A stretch of DNA of 64,000 nucleotides, taken from an uncultured Dehalococcoidales bacterium. Lineage in GTDB: Bacteria > Chloroflexota > Dehalococcoidia > Dehalococcoidales > GCA-2688105. The notes under the pieces were generated by a model. It was not told where the DNA came from, made no database searches, and saw nothing but the letters and a program-made list of their open reading frames with translations. The stretch's first letter is position 1. Each line of letters starts with the position of its first letter. Of the stretch, positions 34,997 through 45,090 are shown one piece after another. The stretch spans positions 19,677 to 83,676 of the forward strand of contig CAZCLE010000002.1 in NCBI GenBank assembly GCA_964499445.1, given 5' to 3'. The translations under genes were made by a program, and so were the position numbers.

Positions 34997-35620
34997 TTAC
35001 CAATATATCTCTACAATTTGCACATGTTGCATCGGCTCCCAACGCCTTTGCGCATCTTGATGATGGGCTAAGTAGTAGTCATATGTGAAGTCCGTAGCTT
35101 CACTTAGGTCGATTCGACCATATACTTTACCTGTTTTTATATAACCGACCGTATCATAATCCCCCGATTCTTCCTTACCGGTGCAATCTATGTAAACTAG
35201 CCCCTTATCAGTTGTCTGGAAGGCATTTACCGCATGGCCGCTACCTTCGTAAAACCCGATTTCCACGAAAGCGGCTTTTATACCCTCTTTCCGGGCATTG
35301 TCTCTGAGGGCTTGAGCAAAACCAGTGCAATCATATTCGCCTGACCTATAAATCCCCCTATCCGTTTTGTCTCTTTCTATGAACTCTTTCAGCTCTGCCC
35401 AGGTGGGGTTCTTGAGTTCAGAAGCGGCTGTAAGCTCAGCATAACGCTTTTCTAGCTCTTCATAATCGAGCCTTCCCAAGTTAAGCTCCTCAGCCAAGGC
35501 CGTGTTTTCTGCTTGCAGGGATTCATATTCAGACGTTGACGCACATCCAGTTAACCAGGTTACGCCCAACAAGCAGGTTATTATACCTACTACTAGCCAA
35601 GTTAAATGCTTTTTCTTCAT
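34997..35620 (-). CDS. Lipoprotein with a coiled-coil linker and a possible transglutaminase/papain-like Cys-His core
   Basis: 207 aa. Lipobox LTGC. Motifs EYDCTGFAQAL, then GSGHAVNAF, then YID are arranged like a Cys-His-Asp triad. Confidence 0.5.
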   Translation of the reverse strand: MKKKHLTWLVVGIITCLLGVTWLTGCASTSEYESLQAENTALAEELNLGRLDYEELEKRYAELTAASELKNPTWAELKEFIERDKTDRGIYRSGEYDCTGFAQALRDNARKEGIKAAFVEIGFYEGSGHAVNAFQTTDKGLVYIDCTGKEESGDYDTVGYIKTGKVYGRIDLSEATDFTYDYYLAHHQDAQRRWEPMQHVQIVEIYW

Positions 35621-35767
35621 TGCTCCGTCCTCCTTTTCTATTACTCAATGCTTGTTTGCGCTTTTAACTTAGCCCTCATTTTCGAGGTTGTCAATCCCCT
35701 ATGAACCCCTGTCCGTGCCGTTATACTTAAGCCCAGGCTGGTTACATGCCTTGAGTCCAGATTCCAG

Positions 35768-38548
35768 TTAGTCAGTAAGTTCCGCCAGCTGTTCCAGCAC
35801 TGCCTTCAGAGCCTCCAGTTCTTTTCCATAGTTAGCCCAATCACCGGCTTTGAGGTACTGCTGAGCCTGGTCATAGTGCCGCTGAGCCTCCTCAATTAGA
35901 TTGGCTATGTCAGCGGCTACCGCCTCCTCCGGTTCTGCTGGAGTTGGCGGTTTAACCACGGGTTCAGTTGGCGGCTCCTCAGCACCAAAGATAGCCGCAA
36001 GACTTTCCTTCAAGGTGGGTTCCATAGCTATCTGGTCACCGGCAGCTACAATAATTCGCTTCAGCTCTGGAAGCCCTCTTTCCTCTGCCTGGAGGAAGAC
36101 CGGCTCCACATACAGGTTGGACTTACCTATGGGAATCAGCAGCAGGTTGCCGCGGATAACGTTTGACCCGCCGCGACCCCACAGGGCAAGCTGCTCGGTG
36201 ATGACGGTGTCCTGCTGGATTCGGTTCTCTATCTGGCTGGGACCGTACACCAGCCGCTCCTTGGGGAAGTGGTAGGCAAGCAGCTTCCCGTAATTATCGC
36301 CATCACAGCGGGCCGCCAGCCAGCCAATGGTATTATCCTTGTTCACTGGGGTGAAGGGCAACATGAGCAGGAACTCCTCTTTATCCTCATCGGGCAGGCG
36401 CATGATAACATAGTAGGGTTCTACAAGCTGTCCTTTGCCAGCATAGACCTCCTTGGGTATGGCCCACAGGTCTTCCTTGTTGTAGAATACCCGGGCATCA
36501 CGCATGTGGTAGCTTTGGTATACCGAGGCCTGGATATTGAACATGTCCTCGGGATATCTCCAGTGGGCTCGCAGATACTCGGGCATCTGGTCTGCGGGGA
36601 CGAAGAGGGTAGGGAAGATAGCCTGGTAGGTTCGAATCAAGGCATCCTCCGGGTCGGTGATATAGAAAGTCACACTGCCATCGTAGGCATCAATAACGGC
36701 TTTAACGCTGTTCCGAATATAGTTTATCCCACCCCCAAGCGGCTCAGAATAGGGATAGCGGTCACTGGTGGTATAGGCGTCCTGTATCCAGAATAACCGT
36801 CCCTCCATCACCACCAGATAGGGGTCACTGTCCAGCTTCAGGAAAGGTGCCAGGTGGTTCACCCTCTCCCTGATGTTCCGATAATAGAGCACCCTGCTCT
36901 CGGGGGTTAGCTCGCCACTGATAAGGATATTAAAGTCACCTAATTGCCAGGCATAGACTAATCGGCGGATGAAACTGTCCAGTCTAACCCCACCCTTGCC
37001 TTCGTAATGACCGTAGACATTCTCATCACCCATAGGATAGTCAAATTCCTGGGTCTTTGTTTTTACGATTACGTAATTATTCGTCTTTTCCCCAAAGTAT
37101 ATCTGAGGCCGCTCTATATTAAAGTCACCAGCGGGGGGTATATCCTTTACCAGCAATACCGGCAGTCCCTCAGCACTGACCTCGTTAACCGGGCTCAGGG
37201 CGATTCCGTAGCCATGAGTAAACTGTAGCCGACGGTTGACCCAGGTTTGCGCCTGCCCGGCTAATTTCTCCGCAGATAGTTCTCGAGCCGATAGCATGAC
37301 CTGCCGGTACTCGCCATCGATGATATAGCGGTCGACATCGACATCATAGAAGTCGTAGTAGAGTCGAATGGACTGGATCTGGTTATAGGTGTCCTTAAGC
37401 GGGCGGTGGTCCCAGAGCCTGATGTTGTTGATGGTCACCTCGTTTTGGACTATATCCTGGAGGCTTGGTGCGTCCTCCGCAGGGAAGGACTGTTCCTCAA
37501 CCCGGTCAAGAGCGAAGGCCTCTCTGGTAAATTCGATGTTATACTCAATGTAGGGCTGCTCTCGAGCTAACTCGCTGGGCTGCACCTGAAAGCGATGTAC
37601 CAGGCTGGGGAAGATGCCCCCGATGATGATGGCAGCCACTATCCATCCCACGATGGCGTAGAGGGGCCAGCGAAGGTTGCGGCGCAATACGGAAACCAGG
37701 AATATCCCCGCACAGATAAGCACTACTGCTAAAAGAATCCACTGTGCAGGAAGCTTGGCATGCATATCAGCATAGCTGGCTCCAAAGATTACCCCCCGTT
37801 CGGAGAAGACCAGTTCCCAGATGCCAAGCCAGTAACCCCAGGCGAAAAGACCCAGGATAGCCATGGCCAGTCCACCAACATGGGCTAAAACCGGCCGAGC
37901 AAGGTCGAACCTAAGCCGCTGCACCGCATAGCTGATAAAGTATACCCCGGCACTGCCAAGAAGGGTGATTATCAGCGCGCCCACGAACCAGCCTTGCAGC
38001 AGGTGCAGGAAAGGCAGTGAGAAGACGTAGAAGCCAATCTCCCTATGGAAAACCGGGTCGGTGATGCCAAAGGGCTGCCCGTTGAAGAACCGAAGCACAA
38101 CCTCCCAGTTGCCCTGGGCCACCAGCCCGAATATTAGACTGAGCAGTGCTGTTCCCAGGATAACGCTCCACTTGAGCCTCTGCTGCAGCCAGTGCACTAT
38201 TGACCAAGGCCAGAAATGTGCCTCCTTCTTGGGTGCCAGGCGCGTAGCCAGCACCAGGTTCCCCAAAAACAGGAGGCAGAAGATGATAGCCGCCGAGAAG
38301 AAGACCAGTACCTTGGTCTTCAGAATAGTGGTGTAGACACTGCCATAACCTAGGCTGCTGAACCAGAGCCACTCACTATAGAGCCCCTTGGTTATATTTA
38401 TAAGAATAAACAGGAACAAAGCCCCGGCCAGTATTAAGAATATCCTGGTAGCCGTCCAGCCGCGCCGGGTGGGCGGTGCCCGCTCTTCGTCTTTACTTTC
38501 GGGAAACCAGCGCTGCCATTGTTTTTCAAATGAATCCATTCTATTCAC
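35768..38548 (-). CDS. UPF0182 (COG1615) family large membrane protein
   Basis: 926 aa. The N-terminal multi-TM region carries the LYSEWLWFSSLGYGSVY signature, followed by a large soluble region with FTHGYG and a C-terminal acidic helix. Confidence 0.8.
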   Translation of the reverse strand: MNRMDSFEKQWQRWFPESKDEERAPPTRRGWTATRIFLILAGALFLFILINITKGLYSEWLWFSSLGYGSVYTTILKTKVLVFFSAAIIFCLLFLGNLVLATRLAPKKEAHFWPWSIVHWLQQRLKWSVILGTALLSLIFGLVAQGNWEVVLRFFNGQPFGITDPVFHREIGFYVFSLPFLHLLQGWFVGALIITLLGSAGVYFISYAVQRLRFDLARPVLAHVGGLAMAILGLFAWGYWLGIWELVFSERGVIFGASYADMHAKLPAQWILLAVVLICAGIFLVSVLRRNLRWPLYAIVGWIVAAIIIGGIFPSLVHRFQVQPSELAREQPYIEYNIEFTREAFALDRVEEQSFPAEDAPSLQDIVQNEVTINNIRLWDHRPLKDTYNQIQSIRLYYDFYDVDVDRYIIDGEYRQVMLSARELSAEKLAGQAQTWVNRRLQFTHGYGIALSPVNEVSAEGLPVLLVKDIPPAGDFNIERPQIYFGEKTNNYVIVKTKTQEFDYPMGDENVYGHYEGKGGVRLDSFIRRLVYAWQLGDFNILISGELTPESRVLYYRNIRERVNHLAPFLKLDSDPYLVVMEGRLFWIQDAYTTSDRYPYSEPLGGGINYIRNSVKAVIDAYDGSVTFYITDPEDALIRTYQAIFPTLFVPADQMPEYLRAHWRYPEDMFNIQASVYQSYHMRDARVFYNKEDLWAIPKEVYAGKGQLVEPYYVIMRLPDEDKEEFLLMLPFTPVNKDNTIGWLAARCDGDNYGKLLAYHFPKERLVYGPSQIENRIQQDTVITEQLALWGRGGSNVIRGNLLLIPIGKSNLYVEPVFLQAEERGLPELKRIIVAAGDQIAMEPTLKESLAAIFGAEEPPTEPVVKPPTPAEPEEAVAADIANLIEEAQRHYDQAQQYLKAGDWANYGKELEALKAVLEQLAELTD

Positions 38549-38617
38549 CCAACCTTTCTTAACCCTGTTTTATAGGGTTACACTGCTCTCTGACTTCTAT
38601 CTCATCGTGGAACCTTC

Positions 38618-39838
38618 TCACCCATTCTGGTGTAATGCCGGTTGCTTTGACCTATCAATCACCTCTTGATAAGCCTTTTCCAGCTTCTCGCAAATTATTT
38701 CCCAGCTATACTTTTGTTCCATCCGTCTCCGCCCTGCCTCTCCCATCTTTTTACCCAATAAGGGATTATTTATAATGGCTTCTATTCTCTTAGCTAAACC
38801 ATCCGCATCTTTTGGCTTTACCAGCCGGCCGGTTTCCCCATCGGCAACAATCTGGGGCACTTCTCCCACGGCGGTGGCAACTACCGGCAGGCCGGAGGCA
38901 CTTGCCTCCATAACCACATTAGCCGCACCCTCTGATAATGATGAAAGGACAGATATATGAGCAATATTCATTAGCTGGGGAACATCATTTCTAAAACCTA
39001 AGAAAATAATGTTGTCCAAAAAGGGGCTGGCCAATTTTTCATATTGTTTCTGTAAACTTCCACCACCAACTATCAGGAATTTGATACTATCGGCATTATC
39101 GTGGTTAGCCAGAATCTCCTTTGCCGCCTGGATAAGATAATTTACCCCTTTAACCAGGTCAAGGCGCCCGACATATAGTATCACAGTATCATTTTCTTTA
39201 ATACCCAGTTCACTTTTCAGGTGTTCATCGCCATCTCTGGGTTGGAACATCTCAGTATCTACACCTCTTGGTATGGTGAAAACTTTATGGTTCTCTATGC
39301 CAAGCTTGGTCACATATTCTCCCAATTGCGAGCTCATTAGTTGTATCCCGTCGGCCAGTTTAAAGACTCTCTTGCCGATAATCATAGAGTATAAATAACC
39401 AATGGTATCGACTACTTTATCACCATAAAACCATGATATACCAGGGAAGCTGTCGGTGGTAACTGCTGAAGGAATTTTTAATCTAGGCTTGAGGTAAAAG
39501 ATGGGCAACACCGTTAGAAAATTTACATGGCTATAAATCAGGAGGTCAGGGTTCCAGTTATCACACAATTTTTTTATCTTATGAGTAAGGGCAAACAGAT
39601 TGGGTATGGGATACCTTATCTGGAGGAATTTAAAAATATAGGGCACTCTATATACTTCAACCCTATCGCTTATTACCTCGTGCTTATCTTGCCCCTTCCA
39701 TTTGAGTGAGATGATTTTAAATTCGTGTCCCCGTTCACTAAGTTTCATTATCTGCCTGTAGCCAAAGATTGCCTGACGAGCTTCTATAGTGCTTACATTT
39801 AAAGATGGGAACCAGGGCACAACGTAACATATTTTCAT
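38618..39838 (-). CDS. Glycosyltransferase family 4 (GT-B)
   Basis: 406 aa. The C-terminal half has the E-x7-E region (SLSEGAANVVMEASASGLPVVAT). Confidence 0.8.
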   Translation of the reverse strand: MKICYVVPWFPSLNVSTIEARQAIFGYRQIMKLSERGHEFKIISLKWKGQDKHEVISDRVEVYRVPYIFKFLQIRYPIPNLFALTHKIKKLCDNWNPDLLIYSHVNFLTVLPIFYLKPRLKIPSAVTTDSFPGISWFYGDKVVDTIGYLYSMIIGKRVFKLADGIQLMSSQLGEYVTKLGIENHKVFTIPRGVDTEMFQPRDGDEHLKSELGIKENDTVILYVGRLDLVKGVNYLIQAAKEILANHDNADSIKFLIVGGGSLQKQYEKLASPFLDNIIFLGFRNDVPQLMNIAHISVLSSLSEGAANVVMEASASGLPVVATAVGEVPQIVADGETGRLVKPKDADGLAKRIEAIINNPLLGKKMGEAGRRRMEQKYSWEIICEKLEKAYQEVIDRSKQPALHQNG

Positions 39839-39880
39839 AATCTACAATGCCTTACTACAAGTTATAGATTTAGGGTATCT

Positions 39881-41269
39881 CTAACCTCCACGTCTCATCT
39901 CCAAAAACATGCCGAGTCCTCTAATATTGGTCTTTAAATCCCTGAGCGACCTTGTCTGTTTCAACCTTTCCCAGATATAGGAGAATCTAAGATAGAATTC
40001 CCGGTATGCCGTTTTACTCCATTTTTTTAAGTCGCCTTTTGACAGTGATGCCGTTTCAAATACCGGTGCGCTTGCTGACCGGAGATTAGCGTAGACAAAA
40101 TTATCCCAACTCTCGTTCCCGATGCCCTGCTTAAGGTATAGGTTGTACAGGTCGGTTCCGGGAAAAGGTATCGTTACTGAAAATTGAGCGAAATCCAGGG
40201 GCAAGTAGTTGGCAAAGTCAATCGTCTGGCGTATGGTAGCTGGCGTCTCTCCAGGAGAACCAAGCATAAAATAGCCAATGCTTTGAATGCCTACGTCGTG
40301 TGTCATCTTAATTGCTTTAGTTACCTGCGCAATGGTTATTTTCTTTCGCAGGTTGTCTAGAATGGTCTGATTTCCCGACTCAATACCATAAGCAATTATA
40401 TAGCAACCAGCCTCTTTCATTGCCTTCAATAACTCTTCGGTGACCAAATCTACCCTGGTTTCACACGTCCAGGGGAGGCTCAGGTTGCGCTGCTTAAACT
40501 CTTCGGCTAGCTTGGCAATTCGTTTCTTGTCGAGGGTGAATATATCATCATAGAAGGCTATTTCCTTAACTTTGAATTTTTCCGCTAAATACTCAACCTC
40601 GCTGGCGATTCTTTGCGGACTTTGTGACCTAACCTTACGACCAAAGATTGGCTTTGAGCAAAAGATGCAATTATAGGGGCACCCCCGGCTGGTTAGCATT
40701 GCCATAAACGGAAGCTTTCTACCATGTGGCGGGTGCAGCTTGTATCTAAGCAGTGGAAGAAGATGATAGGCAGGAAATGGCAAGGAGTCCAAATCAGCGA
40801 TGGGAGGTCTTATCGGAGTGCTTATAACTCTCCCGTTGTCTCGGTAGGTAATGCCACGGACATTTTGCAGGCTGATACCGCTCTTCAGCGCATTGTACAG
40901 TTCTACGACTGTCTCCTCACCTTCACCTCTTACAATTATATCTATCTCCGGGACATTGATTAGTGTCTCTTCGGGAAGAACGGTTACATGGGCTCCGCCT
41001 ACTATTACCGTAGAACCAGGTTTCTCCTTTTTAATCTCCCTGGCTACCTTGATAGCCGAGTTGATAAAGGGAGTCATCGCCGTGATACCAGTAATATCAA
41101 CATTGCCAATTTCCCTGGCTGTCTCAGATTTGGATAGCGGCAAGGCATTGGCATCTAGAATTTCGACTTGATAGTTTTCTGCCTCTAAAACAGCGGCTAT
41201 ACTTGCCAGTCCCAGAGGTGGCTGTGGGTATTTGGTATTCTGTGGCGGGTTGATAAGCACCGTTTTCAC
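39881..41269 (-). CDS. B12-binding domain radical SAM protein (class B)
   Basis: 462 aa. An N-terminal Rossmann B12-binding-like domain (VIVGGAHVT) precedes the CxxxCxxC motif in SRGCPYNCIFCS. Confidence 0.85.
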   Translation of the reverse strand: MKTVLINPPQNTKYPQPPLGLASIAAVLEAENYQVEILDANALPLSKSETAREIGNVDITGITAMTPFINSAIKVAREIKKEKPGSTVIVGGAHVTVLPEETLINVPEIDIIVRGEGEETVVELYNALKSGISLQNVRGITYRDNGRVISTPIRPPIADLDSLPFPAYHLLPLLRYKLHPPHGRKLPFMAMLTSRGCPYNCIFCSKPIFGRKVRSQSPQRIASEVEYLAEKFKVKEIAFYDDIFTLDKKRIAKLAEEFKQRNLSLPWTCETRVDLVTEELLKAMKEAGCYIIAYGIESGNQTILDNLRKKITIAQVTKAIKMTHDVGIQSIGYFMLGSPGETPATIRQTIDFANYLPLDFAQFSVTIPFPGTDLYNLYLKQGIGNESWDNFVYANLRSASAPVFETASLSKGDLKKWSKTAYREFYLRFSYIWERLKQTRSLRDLKTNIRGLGMFLEMRRGG

Positions 41270-41312
41270 TTCTGGTCATTACCCCTCAAGGATAGTAGCT
41301 CGGCCACTTTGG

Positions 41313-42209
41313 TTACGAGCTACCCTTTCGTTTTGATAGTGTATTTAGTATTATCCCGGTGAGTATGCTGAATATACCGATAATAAGGAGAAGGGCTGAT
41401 ACCAGGGCGGTGCCCGTGGCCATTTCTCCCGTCGCCGATAGAGTGTTAAGCACCCTGACGCCGGCAAGAAAGCCGAACACTAACAGGATAATTCCGGATA
41501 TCCCGAAGAAGAAAAGAGGTCTTCTCTCTGAAATCATGGTAATTATCTGGGTAAGGTTCCCCAGTCCATGAGCTACTGGTCTTAGGGTTGAGCCGTCTTT
41601 AGTGTAGATAGCTGAGACGGGAATTTGGGTTACATTGAGACCTTTATCAGCTGCCGCCGCTATCGTCTCGGCAGATATAGCCATTCCCCTTTGCCTCAGT
41701 TTAAGCTCGGTTATTGCTTTGGGGGAGAAAGCCCTGAATCCACATTCTGAGTCAACGACCTTCTTCCCCGAGAGGATATGGGAGAAATGTGAGAGCACCC
41801 TCTGTCCCACTTGGCGGTAGACGGGGATATTGCCCCTTTGCCGCTCCCTTGAGCCGATGACGAGGTCAGAACCGGCTAATATGGACTTGATAAGGTCGGG
41901 GATTTCATCAGGGTTGTGCTGGGCATCGGCGTCAAGCAGCACCAGGACATCAAGGCTCTTTTTCCTTGCCTCGGCTAGGAGTGTTTGAACACTGGCTCCG
42001 TACCCCCTGTTCTGCTGGTGGAGAATAACAGAGGCTCCAGCCAGTCGGGCTATATTCGCCGTCTGGTCGGTGCTGCCATCGTCAACCACTATGACCTCGT
42101 CAACATATTGCCTGGCTTTAAGCACTATGGTGCCGATATATTTCTCCTCGTTATAGGCGGGGATAGCGGCGATAACTTTAGGTCTATTATGAGATTTTGG
42201 TTCGGTCAC
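41313..42209 (-). CDS. Glycosyltransferase family 2 (polyprenyl-phosphate glycosyl synthase-like) with C-terminal TM helices
   Basis: 298 aa. Motifs: IPAYNEE, VVDDGSTD, LDADAQH, followed by a C-terminal hydrophobic tail. Confidence 0.8.
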   Translation of the reverse strand: MTEPKSHNRPKVIAAIPAYNEEKYIGTIVLKARQYVDEVIVVDDGSTDQTANIARLAGASVILHQQNRGYGASVQTLLAEARKKSLDVLVLLDADAQHNPDEIPDLIKSILAGSDLVIGSRERQRGNIPVYRQVGQRVLSHFSHILSGKKVVDSECGFRAFSPKAITELKLRQRGMAISAETIAAAADKGLNVTQIPVSAIYTKDGSTLRPVAHGLGNLTQIITMISERRPLFFFGISGIILLVFGFLAGVRVLNTLSATGEMATGTALVSALLLIIGIFSILTGIILNTLSKRKGSS

Positions 42210-42413
42210 TTAACTACCCTTTAATCTATAGTCGCCTTGCTATTTACTGGGGCTCGGCAATTTTATATAGCCATTGCCTTACATTAGCTTGAATTATGAA
42301 CTATGCACGGGTTAGTGTCAATAGAGCAGCGCTAGGCGGTTTTGATACCGGGCGGAGGGTAGCCCGGCTGGTGAAAGAGAGTCTGAGTCGAATTCCTCGA
42401 CTTAACGAAAATA

Positions 42414-42442
42414 TTGACAATGGGAAAGACTGGGGCTATTAT
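42414..42442 (+). promoter_or_regulatory. Candidate promoter of the oxidative-stress / Fe-S operon
   Basis: TTGACA (42414-42419), 17-nt spacer, TATTAT (42437-42442). The inverted repeat AGTCGAattccTCGACT lies just upstream. Confidence 0.45.
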
Positions 42443-42528
42443 TCGTTGTAGCTCTAATGGGCGTGAGGCGGGACCTTATTGGTAGCAGTAAACTAAATGA
42501 GATTCACCTTGGTAGGAGGAAATTGGCA

Positions 42529-43053
42529 ATGGCAGCGGAGCAGAGCAAAACCTTAGAGGGGCTTCAATTGGCTATCCAGACGGAAATCGATGGCAAGGAG
42601 TATTACCAGAAGGTAGGTCAGAGCAGCGATAACCAACTGGGCAGGCAACTTTTCCAATCTTTAGCTGCTGAGGAAGACACTCACCGGCAGAAGTTTGAGG
42701 AAATATATGAGGCCATCAGTGGTCAAAAGGCTTGGCCCAAGACCGATTTTCAACCTGACGGGGGCAAAGGATTGAGAACCATATTCGTCAGGGTAAGCGA
42801 GGCGATGGGTTCAAACGTAGAAGCTCCACCCACTGAGCTTGAGGCTATAAAGATGGCGATTGATATGGAAGTCAAGAGCTACGAGCTGTATAAAAGCCGA
42901 AGCCAGACCGCTGCCTACGATGCAGAGAGGGATTTCTACGAGACCGTAGCTGCCGAAGAGTGGGAACATCATCTAATCCTGCTTGATTATCAAGAATACC
43001 TCAGTGACCCGGCTGGTTGGTTTGTTACCAAAGAGCATCCGTCTCTGGATTAG
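42529..43053 (+). CDS. Ferritin-like / rubrerythrin-family diiron protein (no rubredoxin domain)
   Basis: I prefer the ATG at 42529 (MAAEQSK...), preceded by GGTAGGAGGA. ExxH-type motifs: AAEEDTHRQKF and AAEEWEHH. Confidence 0.65.
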   Translation: MAAEQSKTLEGLQLAIQTEIDGKEYYQKVGQSSDNQLGRQLFQSLAAEEDTHRQKFEEIYEAISGQKAWPKTDFQPDGGKGLRTIFVRVSEAMGSNVEAPPTELEAIKMAIDMEVKSYELYKSRSQTAAYDAERDFYETVAAEEWEHHLILLDYQEYLSDPAGWFVTKEHPSLD

Positions 43054-43070
43054 AAATAAGGAGGGGAAAC

Positions 43071-43820
43071 ATGTTAGAGATTAAGCATTTAACTGTAGCC
43101 GTGGGAGAGAAGGAAATTCTGCACGGTATAAATTTGACAATAAGAAATGGCGAGACACACGCTCTCTTCGGGCCTAACGGTAGTGGAAAAACCACTCTAC
43201 TTATGGCGATAATGGGCTTCCCCAAGTATCAAGTAATCGAGGGTAGCATCATCTTCAAGGGCAAGGACATAACTAGGCTGCCGCTGGACGAGAGAGCTCG
43301 CTTGGGCATCGGTATGTCTTTTCAGCGGCCACCTGTGGTTCGGGGGGTAAAGACACGTGATATGGTTGACGCCTGTCTCAGAAGGCGAAAAACAAAAGAA
43401 AGTATTGAGCAGCTAGCGGAGAGAGCTGACTTAGCTGATTTTCTGGATAGGGAGATAAACTACGGGTTTTCCGGAGGTGAGATAAAGCGCTCTGAGTTAA
43501 TGCAGATACTAGCTCAAAAGCCAGAGTTGACTTTACTAGATGAGCCAGAGTCTGGGGTTGACTTGGTAAATATAGTCCTGATAGGTGAACTAATAAACGA
43601 CTTGCTGGAGAAACACTGCCCGATACGTTTCCGACGGTGCTCGGGGTTTATCATTACCCATACCGGTCATATTCTAAACTATGTTGATGCCCGCACCGGC
43701 TATGTTATGTGTGATGGTGTGATAGGCTGTGAGGGTGACCCTCACGAGATATTGAAAACCATTAAGGAAAAAGGCTATGGGGAGTGTATCAAGTGCATGG
43801 TGAGGAAGGCGTTAAAATGA
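43071..43820 (+). CDS. sufC: SufC-type Fe-S cluster assembly ATPase
   Basis: I prefer the ATG at 43071 (MLEIKHL...), preceded by AAGGAGGGG. Walker A GPNGSGKTT, signature FSGGEIKR, Walker B LLDEPESGVD. Confidence 0.85.
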   Translation: MLEIKHLTVAVGEKEILHGINLTIRNGETHALFGPNGSGKTTLLMAIMGFPKYQVIEGSIIFKGKDITRLPLDERARLGIGMSFQRPPVVRGVKTRDMVDACLRRRKTKESIEQLAERADLADFLDREINYGFSGGEIKRSELMQILAQKPELTLLDEPESGVDLVNIVLIGELINDLLEKHCPIRFRRCSGFIITHTGHILNYVDARTGYVMCDGVIGCEGDPHEILKTIKEKGYGECIKCMVRKALK

Positions 43821-45052
43821 GTGAAGTGAAATCCGCTAAAACGTATAAAGATAAAGCTAAAGCGGCAATAGCTAAATCAGCTGCCCTTGGTGATGATATA
43901 GATTTGGCTGTTTATGCTGACTCGGCTGAGGAGCAGCCATACCAGACTGACCCGTCAAAACTTCCCACCCGAGCCAAGGAGCAGATGCTGGAAGCCGGAG
44001 TCATTTTGGATGATGTGAGCCAGAGGTCAGGAACCTTTATCCAGATGGATAATACCCCGGTTCACAGTTCAACCAGGCAAGAGGGTATAGAAGTAATGGC
44101 GACCAGCCAAGCTTTAGAAAAGTATGACTGGATGTCAGACTACTGGTGGCAGGCAGTAGCCGTAGATACCGATAAGTACACCGCCAACATAGAGTTGAAT
44201 CAGAACAATGGTTACTTTATCAGAGCTCTACCTGGGTATAAAACTGTTTTCCCGGTTCAGGCTTGCCTCTATCTGGCAAAAGCGCGGCTAGCTCAGAATG
44301 TGCACAATATCATCATTGCTGAAGAGAACTCAGAATTACATATCATCACCGGATGCACCACTGCCTCCAGAGAGGAACCAGGACTGCACCTGGGGGTTTC
44401 TGAATTTTACATAAAGAGAGGAGCCAAGGTTACCTTCACTATGATACATAGCTGGAATCCAGAGGTAGCGGTTCGTCCCCGCACCGCCGTCATCGTGGAA
44501 GAGGATGGCTTATTTCTTAGTAACTATGTACTTATGAAGCCGGTTCACTCGCTGCAAATGTATCCTGTGGCCAAATGCGTCGGGGAAAATGCAGTGGTCA
44601 GATTTAGTAGTATTCTGGTGGCAGCCCCGGGGTCATCACTGGATGTGGGCTCTCGGGTACTCCTCAATGCTAAAGGCGCCAAGACAGAAATCATATCACG
44701 AGCGATAACTACTGGTGGTGACATAATTGCTCGAGGTTACATAGAAGGTAATGCTCCCGATGTCAAGGGTCACCTTGAATGTCGGGGACTGATTTTACAG
44801 GGAAAAGGCATGATTCATGCCATACCAGAGCTAAAGGGTACACTGGCTGGCATTGACCTGTCCCATGAAGCTGCGGTAGGTAAGATTGCTGAAGAGGAGG
44901 TGGAGTATCTGATGGCTCGGGGACTGGATCGAACTGAGGCTACGGCTACTATAATTAGGGGCTTTCTCAGGGTAGATATTGAGGGACTGCCACCCCTGCT
45001 CAGTGCCGAATTGCAGCAGGCTATTGAAGCCAGCGAAGAAGAGCTCATGTAA
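43817..45052 (+). CDS. sufB: SufB/SufD-family Fe-S scaffold
   Basis: The ATG at 43817 overlaps the sufC TGA (ATGA). The C-terminal beta-helix region ends with the motif LMARGLDRTEATATIIRGF, typical of SufB/D. Confidence 0.8.
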   Translation: MSEVKSAKTYKDKAKAAIAKSAALGDDIDLAVYADSAEEQPYQTDPSKLPTRAKEQMLEAGVILDDVSQRSGTFIQMDNTPVHSSTRQEGIEVMATSQALEKYDWMSDYWWQAVAVDTDKYTANIELNQNNGYFIRALPGYKTVFPVQACLYLAKARLAQNVHNIIIAEENSELHIITGCTTASREEPGLHLGVSEFYIKRGAKVTFTMIHSWNPEVAVRPRTAVIVEEDGLFLSNYVLMKPVHSLQMYPVAKCVGENAVVRFSSILVAAPGSSLDVGSRVLLNAKGAKTEIISRAITTGGDIIARGYIEGNAPDVKGHLECRGLILQGKGMIHAIPELKGTLAGIDLSHEAAVGKIAEEEVEYLMARGLDRTEATATIIRGFLRVDIEGLPPLLSAELQQAIEASEEELM

Positions 45053-45090
45053 TTGAAATTAGTTAACATAATTTGTAGGGGAGGTGGGGA

